In this document: piece by piece, positions 40,375-50,427 of the stretch
How positions within the stretch are numbered: the stretch's first letter is position 1
How the letters are laid out: the number at the start of each line of letters is the position of its first letter
From: an uncultured Pseudomonadota bacterium
GTDB taxonomy: Bacteria > Oederibacteriota > Muellerivitia > Muellerivitales > Muellerivitaceae
Assembly (NCBI GenBank): GCA_963836235.1
Contig: CAWIIP010000001.1
Coordinates: forward strand, 480,001-544,000
Length of the DNA stretch: 64,000 nucleotides
Direction of reading: 5' to 3'
Notes under the pieces: generated by a model
Database searches by the model: none
Told to the model about the DNA's origin: nothing
What the model saw: only the letters and a program-made list of their open reading frames with translations
Position numbers and translations under genes: made by a program

Positions 40375-41459
40375 AAGTTCTCACCCGATATATCTTAGTT
40401 GAATTTCTAAAACCCTTTTTATTAGCCACCGCTGGATTTTGCGTACTTTTTCTTCTTGTCCAAATTTTCAACGACATGCATCTCATAATGGAATTCAAAC
40501 CCCATTTCTGGGTAACTCTTAAATATTTTTCTTTTCATATTCCTGGTTTCATAATCCAAATTATTCCCATCGCCTGCTTGTTTGGCGTTCTTTTTTCGCT
40601 TAGCGCGCTTTCCAAAGGCAACGAACTTATCGCCATGAGAGCGGGCGGAATCAATATTTATTACGTGGCCTTACCTTTATTTTTGTCCGGGATAATTATT
40701 TGTATCGCGAGTATTTTCTTCAATGAACTGATGGTTCCCAAAGCCGAAGCCTTAAAGCGACGTATCAAGACAGTGGAAATACTGCATCAACCCGAAGCCG
40801 AAGCCAATAAATTTCGCCAGGATATTTCCATGATCGGCGTCGGAGGCCAGATCTATCACATCGGTGCTTTTGATGGAACCGTGAACACTCTATCGGATAT
40901 TCTCATTTTGGAATTCGGGCCCGACAGCCATTTGAAATCTCGTCTCGACGCCAAGGCGGCTAAATACGAAAACGATCAATGGACTTTTTATGATGGATAT
41001 TTAAGGGTCTTTGACGATACCGACACGGAAATATCCGCCCAACCTTTTGATAAAATGCCACTCGCCCTTCCCGAAAAACCCGGCGATTTCCTGAAAGAAC
41101 AAAAGGAACCGAACGAACTCAACATCACGGAACTATTGGCATATATTGGCCAGCTAAAGCGGAACGGTTCCGACTGTCACAAAGAATTAGTGGAACTTTA
41201 TTACAAATTCGCTTCTCCGTTCGGTTGTGTCATTTTGGCTATCTTAGGGGTTCCGTGGGGATGGACGATGAGGAAATACAGTGGGGTGGTTACCAGCTTC
41301 CTGATCAGTATGGCGGTGGGATTTGTTTATTTGGGAGGGATGCAAATTGGACAACATTTGGGAGAAGCAGGAGTCATTTCTCCATTTTTATCCGTGTGGA
41401 TCGTGAATGTTATTTTTGCCCTGCTGGTGCCCATAATGCTTATTTGGAAAAACCGGTAA
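40371..41459 (+). CDS. lptG: LPS export ABC transporter permease LptG
   Basis: LTRYILVEF, LSKGNELIAMRAGG, YKFASPF; ATGA overlap with lptF. Confidence 0.88.
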   Translation: MKVLTRYILVEFLKPFLLATAGFCVLFLLVQIFNDMHLIMEFKPHFWVTLKYFSFHIPGFIIQIIPIACLFGVLFSLSALSKGNELIAMRAGGINIYYVALPLFLSGIIICIASIFFNELMVPKAEALKRRIKTVEILHQPEAEANKFRQDISMIGVGGQIYHIGAFDGTVNTLSDILILEFGPDSHLKSRLDAKAAKYENDQWTFYDGYLRVFDDTDTEISAQPFDKMPLALPEKPGDFLKEQKEPNELNITELLAYIGQLKRNGSDCHKELVELYYKFASPFGCVILAILGVPWGWTMRKYSGVVTSFLISMAVGFVYLGGMQIGQHLGEAGVISPFLSVWIVNVIFALLVPIMLIWKNR

Positions 41460-41495
41460 AATAAAATTAATCACAATTCAATTATTTCACCAGAA

Positions 41496-42305
41496 TTAAA
41501 CCGCAAGAATAAATAATCCAGCTTTCTTTGCCGCAGCCAGACTTTCTTCTTTTTTCAACAGAAAGCTCTTTCCCGACTCTATTACTATTCCTTTGACCCT
41601 GGCCATTGCGAGCGTTTGAATGGTTTTTAAACCGATAGTAGGAACATCAAACCGCCAATCCTGCTTGGGGCTGGCTACCTTCACTACAATGCAATTCGCC
41701 CCGCCCCATTTTCCACTTCTGCGAATAGTTTCATCGGTCCCTTCCATACCCTCCACTGCCACCACGGCGTTACGCTTGACCACGAGTGTTTGACCGATTC
41801 CCGCCCGGGCTAAAATACGCGCATGTTGGAGACCATAGGAAATGGCCTTTCGTGTTTCCGAATCGCTTTTCCCTTGCACTAGCCAGCCTGATCGGGTGAC
41901 TATTTCTTCCATCAAATATCGGCTATCTAAAAGGTCAATGTTACTGTTCCCTAATTCCCCAGCGACAGCCTTCAAAAGGGATTCCCCCGATCTATCTTTT
42001 AACCGAGCCCATACTGACAGGGCCTTCCAATCCAGACGGAGGTTTTTGAAAATATTGGAATGTTGGACTTTACCGTGCATAACGGCGCGACGGACACCTC
42101 GTTTTTTGAAAAAGGAAAGCAACGATCCCAACTGGCCTAGAGACATCCACAAGGTTTCGTCACTTAATTTTTCGATGGCAGGCGAAGCCGCCCCTCGAAT
42201 GGCAGCAATTTTAAGGATTAACCCCCTTTTTTTTGTCTGACGGGCGAAGTGAAAAGGCAACTCTCCCGCACCCGCTATCAAACCTATCGCAGAAGACGCC
42301 GCCAT
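41496..42305 (-). CDS. lpxI: UDP-2,3-diacylglucosamine hydrolase LpxI family
   Basis: IGLIAGAGELP, IGQTLVV, VAVEGMEGTD, KPKQD-like SPKQDWRFDVPTIG; directly after lpxA. Confidence 0.9.
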   Translation of the reverse strand: MAASSAIGLIAGAGELPFHFARQTKKRGLILKIAAIRGAASPAIEKLSDETLWMSLGQLGSLLSFFKKRGVRRAVMHGKVQHSNIFKNLRLDWKALSVWARLKDRSGESLLKAVAGELGNSNIDLLDSRYLMEEIVTRSGWLVQGKSDSETRKAISYGLQHARILARAGIGQTLVVKRNAVVAVEGMEGTDETIRRSGKWGGANCIVVKVASPKQDWRFDVPTIGLKTIQTLAMARVKGIVIESGKSFLLKKEESLAAAKKAGLFILAV

Positions 42306-42307
42306 AT

Positions 42308-43093
42308 TTACCTGACGATTCCGCGTTCGGAAGTAAGAAGAAAATCGATAAGATGTTTTACCTCTTCTATTGGGGGAAAGTCCGTTGAAAGGACCCGAAG
42401 CGCTTCTTTCATCGTTAATTTTTGCCGAAAGATGATCTTATGGGCTTTTTTTAACAGTTCTATCGATTCTTTTGAAACATTGTTTCGTTCTAGACCAATT
42501 TGATTTAAACCATAAATACGCAAAGGTTCGTCTCCGGCCATCATAAATGGGACGACATCTTGAACCACACGAAACCCGCCCCCAATCATCGCAAAACGCC
42601 CAACTCGGACAAATTGATGTATTGGAGTCCCTCCGCCGACAGTGGCATAATCCTCAATTACCGCGTGCCCACCCAACATCACACCATTGGCGAGCTTAAC
42701 ATGGTTTTGAATGATGCAATTGTGTCCCACATGGGCTTGGATCATGATCCAGTTATCGTTTCCAATAGTGGTTTTTGAGCCCTCACCCGTTCCAGGATTA
42801 ATCGTGACATATTCCCGAATGACGTTTTCATCACCAATCTCGAGATAAGTTTCTTCCCCGTGGTATTTCACATCCTGGGGTTCACTACCAACGACCGCTC
42901 CCGTAAAAAACCTATTTTTTTTGCCGATAACCGTGTGACCCGTAATGACGCAATGGGCCCCAATCAAGGTCCCTTCTCCAATCGAAACCTGCCCATCAAT
43001 GATCGAATAAGGCCCTACATTGACACCCTCTTCTAGCTTTGCATTCGAATTGACGATTGCTGTCGGGTGTATTTTGACCGATGATACAGGCAC
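42308..43093 (-). CDS. lpxA: Acyl-ACP--UDP-N-acetylglucosamine O-acyltransferase
   Basis: IHPTAIV, hexapeptide repeats, PQDVKY, IREYVTI, HVGHNC, HQFVRVG. Start set at GTG 43093. Confidence 0.95.
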   Translation of the reverse strand: MPVSSVKIHPTAIVNSNAKLEEGVNVGPYSIIDGQVSIGEGTLIGAHCVITGHTVIGKKNRFFTGAVVGSEPQDVKYHGEETYLEIGDENVIREYVTINPGTGEGSKTTIGNDNWIMIQAHVGHNCIIQNHVKLANGVMLGGHAVIEDYATVGGGTPIHQFVRVGRFAMIGGGFRVVQDVVPFMMAGDEPLRIYGLNQIGLERNNVSKESIELLKKAHKIIFRQKLTMKEALRVLSTDFPPIEEVKHLIDFLLTSERGIVR

Positions 43094-43094
43094 T

Positions 43095-44432
43095 TTAATT
43101 TTCCTTTTTAGAGGCGTCCTTCTCAACAATAGCGCAAGTGATTTCCGCTTCCACCGCCAATTGGTCGTCCACCAGTGCTTTACCTGAAACCTTGGCAATT
43201 TTTCCGCGATTAAACAGAACGTCTATTTCAAAACGAATCTGATCTCCGGGGGTAATGGGTTTTCGAAATCGGGCATTATCAATACCCGCAAGGTATAATA
43301 TTTTTTCGGAATTCCCCTCTACACCCGTCAAAAGAGCCATTCCACCAACCTGGGCCATAGCCTCAATAATCAAAACTCCTGGCATGATGGGATGACCCGG
43401 AAAATGACCTTGAAAAAAAGGCTCGTTGGCCGTGACATTCTTAATTCCCACTACTCGCTTATTGGGTTCCAATTCCAAAATCCGGTCGACCAGTAAAAAT
43501 GGATACCGATGTGGAAGAATTTTCTGGATTTGAAGGATATCTAACATAGTCTCCTCTTTTGAAGCGGTTTTTATACCTTCGGTACCATTTCCGAATTTTT
43601 TTAAAATAGCCTTGGCTAATTCAACATGGTAACGGTGCCCGGCCTTCCTCACTGTGATCTTCGCCAATAAGGGGCGATTTAAGAGCATTAAGTCACCCAA
43701 TAAATCAAGGGTTTTATGCCGAACTATCTCATCTTCAAAACGATAAGGGCCGTTTAGAATTCCTTTTTTTCCAATTACTAAGGCGCACTCCAAATCCCCA
43801 CCCTTTATCAATCCTTGCCGACGAAGTTCCTCAATCTCTTCCTCAAAACAAAATGTTCGGGCAGAAGCCAATTCACATTCAAAATTTTTTTCCGAAAGAA
43901 AAAAAACTTTTTTCTGATTTTCCAGACCCGGATAAGGGAAGGATGTTGTCACGTCCAGTTCAAGTGCTTCTGCAGGTTCCGCTTTTAAATAAACATCGCC
44001 AAAACTCAGTTCAATAGTTTCCGTGACCCTCAAAGGCAATATTGGTTTATTCTGTTCCAACAAACCTGCTTTTTTAAAAAGTTCAAAAAAGGGGGCGGCG
44101 CTGCCGTCGAATATTGGCATCTCTTCCGAATCCATTTTGACTTTGATATTGTTGATGCCGCAGCCATTGATCGTCGCCAAAAAGTGCTCAATTGTGTGGA
44201 TAGTTGCTCTTTTTTCACCCAGGAGAGTCGTTCCCCGGATCGTATTGGAAACAGCTTCAGGCGTTACGGGAATTTCAGCGTTTAAATCAGAACGAAAAAA
44301 ACGAATACCCGATCCCTCTGACAATGGGGAGACGTCCACCCGACATTTTTTGCCTGTATGCAATCCCACCCCCTCGAAAGAAAACGAATGAGCAATCGTT
44401 TTTTGGGGTTTTGCTTTAAAATTACTTTTCAT
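43095..44432 (-). CDS. lpxC: Bifunctional LpxC deacetylase / FabZ dehydratase fusion
   Basis: LpxC motifs [34 protein letters not shown], then FabZ motifs [12 protein letters not shown] and [23 protein letters not shown] in one frame. Confidence 0.95.
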   Translation of the reverse strand: MKSNFKAKPQKTIAHSFSFEGVGLHTGKKCRVDVSPLSEGSGIRFFRSDLNAEIPVTPEAVSNTIRGTTLLGEKRATIHTIEHFLATINGCGINNIKVKMDSEEMPIFDGSAAPFFELFKKAGLLEQNKPILPLRVTETIELSFGDVYLKAEPAEALELDVTTSFPYPGLENQKKVFFLSEKNFECELASARTFCFEEEIEELRRQGLIKGGDLECALVIGKKGILNGPYRFEDEIVRHKTLDLLGDLMLLNRPLLAKITVRKAGHRYHVELAKAILKKFGNGTEGIKTASKEETMLDILQIQKILPHRYPFLLVDRILELEPNKRVVGIKNVTANEPFFQGHFPGHPIMPGVLIIEAMAQVGGMALLTGVEGNSEKILYLAGIDNARFRKPITPGDQIRFEIDVLFNRGKIAKVSGKALVDDQLAVEAEITCAIVEKDASKKEN

Positions 44433-45471
44433 CAGTTTTCACACTACCAAGTTTTTCAAGGGCCCTTTCCAATTGACGAATTCGCTTCAACAATCCTGGC
44501 AACTGCCGATAAGCGGCAACGTTTTTCATCTCAGAAGTCATATCAGTAGAAGGTGAACCCCAATAGACTCCTTTTTTTACGACATCATCCATCACCCCTG
44601 TACTTGCGGCTAAAACCACATCGTCAGCAATCTTGAGGTGTCCCGCAATACCCACCTGACCGCCGATCATAACGTTTTTTCCCACCTGGGTGGAGCCCGA
44701 AATTCCACTCAAGGCCGCTATGACTGTGTGGTCACCAATCACAACGTTGTGTCCGATTTGAATTAAATTATCCAATTTACTTCCTTTGCCAATACGGGTA
44801 GTCCCAAGAACAGCTCGGTCGACGCAAGTATTGGCACCCAACTCAACATCGTCTTCTATGATCACGTTACCAACTTGGGGTATTTTTCGGTAGCTCTTAC
44901 CGTCTTTAGCAAAACCAAACCCATCGGAGCCAACAACCACTCCAGGTTGGAGAATGACTCGGTTTCCTAGCACACAATTTTCTCTTACCGTGACATTTGG
45001 ATAGAGGTGACAATCTTCTCCCACAACCGCATTTTCTCCGATAAAAACGCCGGGGTATAAAATCGAACGGGGACCTACTTTGGCTCCGGCTGAAACCGTG
45101 GCCCCATTGGCAATACTGGCCAGAGAATCTACAAAGGCCTTGGAGTGAACAAAGGCTCCATTTTCAATCCCGGGGAGAGGAGAGACAATAGGATGAAACA
45201 AGGCGATGATCTTGGAAAGGGCGGCATAAGGATTGGCACTTAACAAGCAGGCCTTGAAAACCCCCGGAATAGGCGCTTCACATAAAATAGCAGAAGCGCG
45301 GGTTTCCGTGGCCGCTTTCATATAACGAGAATTCGTGACGAAGGTAATATCCCCTTCCTTCGCCGCACCTAATGTTTCAATGCCGAAAATTCTCATAGAC
45401 CCATCCCCTTGTAGGATGGCCCCAATCTCCTGCGCCAATCTCTCCAGCGAATAAGAAACTTCCATACTCAC
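44422..45471 (-). CDS. lpxD: UDP-3-O-(3-hydroxyacyl)glucosamine N-acyltransferase
   Basis: [37 protein letters not shown], hexapeptide repeats. Confidence 0.96.
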   Translation of the reverse strand: MSMEVSYSLERLAQEIGAILQGDGSMRIFGIETLGAAKEGDITFVTNSRYMKAATETRASAILCEAPIPGVFKACLLSANPYAALSKIIALFHPIVSPLPGIENGAFVHSKAFVDSLASIANGATVSAGAKVGPRSILYPGVFIGENAVVGEDCHLYPNVTVRENCVLGNRVILQPGVVVGSDGFGFAKDGKSYRKIPQVGNVIIEDDVELGANTCVDRAVLGTTRIGKGSKLDNLIQIGHNVVIGDHTVIAALSGISGSTQVGKNVMIGGQVGIAGHLKIADDVVLAASTGVMDDVVKKGVYWGSPSTDMTSEMKNVAAYRQLPGLLKRIRQLERALEKLGSVKTDEK

Positions 45472-45489
45472 CGTTTTTTATCCAATTCG

Positions 45490-46023
45490 TTACTTTTTAG
45501 AATCAGGGTTGTCTTTAGAATCCGCAGCGGCTGCTTTTTTAAATTGGTCAAGGATATCGTTTGTTAAATCGATCGGATTATTAACATAAACAGTTTTGTC
45601 CGAATCCAAGACAAGATCTATTCCTTTATCGCTAGATACGGAGGAAACAATTTTCTTGATTTGATCGACAATATCTTGGGTCATTTCACTTTCATCTGCC
45701 ATCAGCTCTTTCTGGACTTGTTCGGTGGCCTGATTGTAAGCGCCTAACTTATCGTTATACTCTTTTTCCTTTTTCAACCGTTGTTTTTCCGAAAGAATCG
45801 AGCCACCTTCGCTCAACTCTTTTTGCAGATCAATCAATTCCTGTTTTGAATCTGCCAAGTCCTCTTTTTTCTTTTCTTCCAAGTCGCCTAACTTCTTTTT
45901 GGCTTTTTCATATCCGGGGTAACTTGTAAAAAGTTTCTGCATATCAACCGTCGCAATTCTAAAGTCTCTTGCCGAAACCACGGAGGCTGCTAAAAAACAA
46001 CACAACAAAGTTATAATGCGCAT
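45490..46023 (-). CDS. skp: Skp/OmpH periplasmic chaperone
   Basis: Signal peptide, RIATVDMQKL, coiled coil, GIDLVLD..DLTNDI. Confidence 0.88.
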   Translation of the reverse strand: MRIITLLCCFLAASVVSARDFRIATVDMQKLFTSYPGYEKAKKKLGDLEEKKKEDLADSKQELIDLQKELSEGGSILSEKQRLKKEKEYNDKLGAYNQATEQVQKELMADESEMTQDIVDQIKKIVSSVSSDKGIDLVLDSDKTVYVNNPIDLTNDILDQFKKAAAADSKDNPDSKK

Positions 46024-46150
46024 GCTAGCTCCTTGTTTGTTTCCTGCACTGTTACGAACAGGCCGGATGAAATTGAAGCGAAATCTTACACGAAGCAGCA
46101 GAAGAGAACAATGGAAGGTTTTAAAAAGGGCTATAATCCTGATTTTTAAA

Positions 46151-46576
46151 TTATCCTTCAGCTGATTTCGATAATTTTTCTAAGAGTTCTCTAAAATGAG
46201 GATGCATGACCAGGAACTGAAGGCCATACTCATACCTCCCTTGGTTTGGATAATTAGCATGGTTGGCGCGGACTACTTTTGCCTCAGCTCGGACTATTTC
46301 TTTAAAGCTTTCCAAAGGAAACTCCACTTCAACCCGGGAATCGACTTCCAGGTAATTTTTTGTGGATAGGAAAAACCCTGTTCGGCTTATATTCGAAATA
46401 ATGTTGTTCCCGTTGTGGAGTTCCGACTCTGGTCTTTCTCCTGAAGGTGATTCCAGAAGACGAAAGCGCAAATGTATCCTCACCCAAAACCGTTGGGCAA
46501 TGCGTTTATCCGAAGGGAGAGAAAATGTCATTATGATTCCCGGCTTCAGAAATGTAATCCTCGAAATTGTCTCCAA
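46151..46576 (-). CDS. Single-domain PilZ (c-di-GMP-binding) protein
   Basis: RxxxR (KRIAQR) and NxSxxG (NISRTG) motifs, AKVVR, YGLQF. The true start may lie about 15 codons downstream. Confidence 0.8.
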   Translation of the reverse strand: METISRITFLKPGIIMTFSLPSDKRIAQRFWVRIHLRFRLLESPSGERPESELHNGNNIISNISRTGFFLSTKNYLEVDSRVEVEFPLESFKEIVRAEAKVVRANHANYPNQGRYEYGLQFLVMHPHFRELLEKLSKSAEG

Positions 46577-46751
46577 GAAGATCGACTGAAGCTCTGCGTC
46601 GTAATTGGATTGAAACTACCGGGACTCTCAATGTGCCTTTTGTTTTCCAAAATATGGTAGCACAATCAAAAAAAGGCAATCCTGCCAAAAAGTATTATGG
46701 TTAGAGAAATCACCATTTATTGCTTTTTTGAATAAATTTTAGCTTTGGAGA

Positions 46752-47789
46752 TTAAAGAAATAACAGGACTACTGTCACTACAGCCGTGGCGCCCACCGCC
46801 AAAACTTTTACCGTATTGGAAGGTTTTTTCTTTTGGACATCCACATTGCTTATTTTCATTGCGTCGAAAGGTCTACCATAACTCCAGAAATCCTCTTCCT
46901 GAATTTTAGGCTTCTCCTGATTGGTGGCTGCTGGTTGAGCGCTGACAACTGTTTGTTGGGACTGTCCTACGGACATTCCTATGTAGGGCATAACATTAAT
47001 TCGACCCAAACTGGGGTTATACAAACCATCATAAATAGTTCGAACGATTTGTTGGGCGTCAAGAACACGAAAATCGTTGTTAGGGGCAGTCATGGATTTC
47101 GCTGATGAATTAACGATATTAAATTTAATGTTATTGTAAATTTTGTTACCCGAAATATTTGGCGTTCCAAAATCCTTCAAATAAAACCCGTAATTATTAT
47201 TATAGATTTCATTTCCCGTAACGATAGGACTCGCCGTATCTGACAAAAGATTTATTCCGTAACCATCCGCCGTAATCCGGTTTCCAATAATCTGAGGTTG
47301 TGAATTCGCACCTATTTCCACTCCACTCCGAGCTCCATAAATTGCGCTTTGTGTAATGATCGGCGAAGATCCATTGCAAACAACCCTTCCGCCTTTAATC
47401 ATGCAACTTTGTATAATCGAATTTGCAGAATCAGAATTATAAAAGTAGATCGCTCCCCACAAGGAACCTTGAACCGATGGATTGAAAGAAATCGGCATCG
47501 TGGAATTACCAACCGCTTTTAACCCACCTTGAATAACTAAGTTGGGTCCAGCTCCCTGCTTTGTCGTATCCGAAGCCGCAAACTGAACTTCAACCCCAGG
47601 GTCTATGGTAAGAATAGCGCCCTTGGAAACAATGACATCATTTTGAATTACATAAGGACTATTATCTTTGGTCCATTCGCTAGAAGCTGCGATCACTGTA
47701 TCCTTAACAAAAGTGGGACCGGTTCCCCAAGCGAATTGGGAACCCATCATTAGAAATAATCCGGTCAAGAAAAATAGAAAATGTTTCAT
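46752..47789 (-). CDS. Secreted right-handed parallel beta-helix protein with a C-terminal hydrophobic anchor
   Basis: Signal peptide, WTKDNSPYVI..LTIDPGVEV, Asn-ladder repeats (PxIxGNxI), terminal VLAVGATAVVTVVLLFL. Confidence 0.7.
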   Translation of the reverse strand: MKHFLFFLTGLFLMMGSQFAWGTGPTFVKDTVIAASSEWTKDNSPYVIQNDVIVSKGAILTIDPGVEVQFAASDTTKQGAGPNLVIQGGLKAVGNSTMPISFNPSVQGSLWGAIYFYNSDSANSIIQSCMIKGGRVVCNGSSPIITQSAIYGARSGVEIGANSQPQIIGNRITADGYGINLLSDTASPIVTGNEIYNNNYGFYLKDFGTPNISGNKIYNNIKFNIVNSSAKSMTAPNNDFRVLDAQQIVRTIYDGLYNPSLGRINVMPYIGMSVGQSQQTVVSAQPAATNQEKPKIQEEDFWSYGRPFDAMKISNVDVQKKKPSNTVKVLAVGATAVVTVVLLFL

Positions 47790-47973
47790 AAAAGATCGCC
47801 TCTTTTTAGAAAAGTGGAAAGCGTTATCAGTCTAACAAAAGGCTAATCCTTTGCAAAGTTAATTCCCGAAAGGACATTGATCATGTTGTCCAGCTGTGGT
47901 TTCTAACAACAATCCATTTCAAAATCGGGAAGGTTTAAAACGTTAAAGCCGGGGAAAGTAAAAAAAATTAACT

Positions 47974-49025
47974 GCTGAATTCAACCAGTAAGTGCAACAC
48001 CTAGACGAAAGACCTGCTCCGGCGTTTTGAAGCGAAGGCACTTGCGTGGACGGCTGTTGAGAGCCCGCTCCACACGTCGCACGTTCGCTGGAGTTATGGT
48101 AGCAAAATCGGTTTTCTTTGGATAGAAGCGCCGCACCAAACCATTAGTGTTTTCGACGGTTCCCTTTTCCCAACTGTGGAAAGGAAGACAGAAAAAGGAA
48201 CGGGTTCCTAAGAGATTGTTAACTTGAAGATGCTCGATGTTTTCAGAGCCGTTGTCGTAAGTAATGGTCCGGCGTAACCCCTTCGGAAAGAGGGTGAGCC
48301 GTCGATTGATAGCTGCTCGTGTTTTCGAAGCGGACTTTTGAGGCAACCAGGCGAGTTTCACGAGGCGGCTTTTTCGTTCGACCATCACCAAAAGGGAGGC
48401 TTTACTTTTTCTGGAGATGATGGTGTCCGCTTCCCAGTGACCAAATTGACGCCGCGTCTGCACGATGGCGGGTCGTTGAGTGATCGGAGTTCGTTCTGGA
48501 ATATGGCTTTTTCGATGTTTGTGCGAATGCCATCGGCGAAGCCGCTTTCGATGGGAACGAGCCAAGAGAGGGATGAGGTTTCGGGCTTCGGAATAAATGA
48601 ACTGGTAGACGGCCTCGTGGGAAATGAATAGTTTGGAGTTCTCAAGGCGAAGCTGACCAGCAATTTGTTCGGGAGAAAACCCCTGATGAAGCTTACGCAA
48701 AACATGTTGTCGGATCCCTGGTTTTTTGAGACGCAGATGGGTCCGAGAGAGTTGGTTACGCTGGGTAGATCGCAGGTGAGCCCGAGCTGGTAGATAACGG
48801 CCAGGACGTAAAGGTGGTGCGTTACGCTTCAACTCTCGGGAAACACTGGACACATCACGTTCGAGGCGTCGGGCGATTTCTCGTATGGAGAGGCCTTCTG
48901 CCTTCCAAACTGCGATTTCTTCAGGTTCGGCCAACGACAGGTGCTTGTAGGATTGTTTCATAAAACTTAGGATAACCCCCGGATTCTGCCGGGGCTAAGT
49001 GTTGCACTTCGCTATTGAACTGGGG
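47974..49025 (-). mobile_element. IS30-family insertion sequence, about 1052 bp
   Basis: 26-bp imperfect terminal IRs (GCTGAATTCAACCAGTAAGTGCAACA / CCCCAGTTCAATAGCGAAGTGCAACA), flanked by a 3-bp direct repeat ACT (47971-47973 and 49026-49028). Confidence 0.9.
47981..48961 (-). CDS. IS30-family transposase
   Basis: HTH (SIREIARRL..SVSRELKRN), SPEQIAG, DDE motifs GHWEADT, TYDNGSE and WEKGTVENTN, NSRPRKCL. The stop codon lies inside the IR. Confidence 0.95.
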   Translation of the reverse strand: MKQSYKHLSLAEPEEIAVWKAEGLSIREIARRLERDVSSVSRELKRNAPPLRPGRYLPARAHLRSTQRNQLSRTHLRLKKPGIRQHVLRKLHQGFSPEQIAGQLRLENSKLFISHEAVYQFIYSEARNLIPLLARSHRKRLRRWHSHKHRKSHIPERTPITQRPAIVQTRRQFGHWEADTIISRKSKASLLVMVERKSRLVKLAWLPQKSASKTRAAINRRLTLFPKGLRRTITYDNGSENIEHLQVNNLLGTRSFFCLPFHSWEKGTVENTNGLVRRFYPKKTDFATITPANVRRVERALNSRPRKCLRFKTPEQVFRLGVALTG

Positions 49026-49338
49026 ACTTTTATCTTCACAGATAATTTTCAACGATCAGACTCCGTTTTAAGTAAACTAAATTTTAATCACGTCATTTAG
49101 TATATCGAGCGATCACATGCTATTAATAGATTTTAAACCTGTTAATTTTACATTCCTAATAGAAGTTTTGGTCGAATTTCCCAAATGGTCAAAGCAATTC
49201 CACGAAGGCAGTGAATCGAAAATGAAGGATTAGAGGGCAAGCAAGAAATGATATTTTAATATTATTCGAACAATGCTTCTTCTACTGAAAATATATAAAA
49301 ACTGTCATTGTACTTCGTTTTCGACATCGAGCAAAATA

Positions 49339-49680
49339 TGGTGGAGGTGGTGGGAATCGAACCCACGTCCTGAAAAACATCCGTAATGGGCCCTACGTGC
49401 GTAGCTCAAGAAAGGGTCTCGCCCCCCGCTCGCTCCCGAGCAGCCGGCGGAGAGCCAGTTCCTTTGTTTCTCGTCCGCCCATCGGTGGAACAACCCTGTT
49501 GCGAACCAGCCTACTGCATACGTTCCCTCCCCTTAATAGGCATCAAGGGCGAAACGCTAACCGCTTAAGCGGCCAGAGCTAACTGATTGTCGGCAGTTAA
49601 ACCGTTGCCATGTTTGACGAGCGATGGCGCCTCGACACGCTCCCAAAAGTTCAGCTTCCCAGTCGAAACCGGTCACCCCC
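49339..49680 (-). ncRNA. ssrA: tmRNA
   Basis: 5' GGGGGTGACCGGTTTCGAC and 3' TTCGATTCCCACCACCTCCACCA, with a G3-U acceptor pair. Resume signal TTTAACTGCC gives tag (A)ADNQLALAA*. Confidence 0.96.
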
Positions 49681-49708
49681 ACGTTTAAATTCACCAGCAG
49701 ACCGCATG

Positions 49709-50005
49709 CTAAGGCTTAATCCCCAACTTTTCAAGGATCGCCGGAATATCCGATATTTCCACCTTCGTAAACCACAGGTTATCCGGATAGAGCAGCACAT
49801 TGGCGCCTTCTTCACAGACATCGAGACATTTGCTTTTAGAAACGCGGATGTGCTTTGCCTGGCCCGCCGTCTTAACCGCTTCTTTCAGTTTTTCGGAAAC
49901 CTCCTTTCCACAAAAGGTACCTCCACAGGAAACCCGTTCACCTTCGGGTCTTTCATTGACGCAAACAAAGACATACTTTTCAAATTCGGGTTTCGAGCTC
50001 TCCAT
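49709..50005 (-). CDS. Thioredoxin-like [2Fe-2S] ferredoxin
   Basis: VFVCVNER..SC..KSKCLDVCEEG..YPDNLWF. Confidence 0.85.
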   Translation of the reverse strand: MESSKPEFEKYVFVCVNERPEGERVSCGGTFCGKEVSEKLKEAVKTAGQAKHIRVSKSKCLDVCEEGANVLLYPDNLWFTKVEISDIPAILEKLGIKP

Positions 50006-50418
50006 TATTCCCCCATCACCTTGATAATCAGCCTCTTCTTCCGCTGTCCGTCGAACTCGGCGTAATAAACCTGCTGCCAGGGACCAAAGTCCAACTTTCC
50101 GTCCGTCACGGGCACAACCACCTCATGATGAACGAGAAGGCTTTTCAAATGAGAATCCCCGTTGGTCTCGCCCGTCTGATGGTGCCGGTAGCCTTCTTTG
50201 TAGGGTGCCACCTTTTCCAGCCACTCGTCAATATCGGAAATCAGACCATCCTCGGCATCATTGACGTAAACCCCGGCTGTTATGTGCATGGCGGAGACGA
50301 GGACCATGCCTTCCTTGATTCCGCTTTTCTTGACTGCCTTTTCCACATCCGCGGTAATGTTTATATATTCACGGTGCTTTTTGGTATTGAACCACATGTA
50401 TTCAGTTAAGAACTTCAT
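50005..50418 (-). CDS. yjbQ: YjbQ/UPF0047 family protein
   Basis: [42 protein letters not shown]. Confidence 0.92.
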   Translation of the reverse strand: MKFLTEYMWFNTKKHREYINITADVEKAVKKSGIKEGMVLVSAMHITAGVYVNDAEDGLISDIDEWLEKVAPYKEGYRHHQTGETNGDSHLKSLLVHHEVVVPVTDGKLDFGPWQQVYYAEFDGQRKKRLIIKVMGE

Positions 50419-50427
50419 CGTGTCTCC

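Noticed and set aside
43094-43198. N-terminal extension of lpxA
   Set aside because: It overlaps the FabZ part of lpxC-fabZ; GTG at 43093 fits the canonical LpxA start.
49290-49582. ORFs overlapping tmRNA, and a possible integrase C-terminal remnant ending MVEVVGIEPTS
   Set aside because: Explained by the ssrA sequence itself; I saw no integrase motifs and no duplicated att site.
49610-50065. 151-aa plus-strand ORF
   Set aside because: It is antisense to the ferredoxin gene and the tmRNA 5' end.
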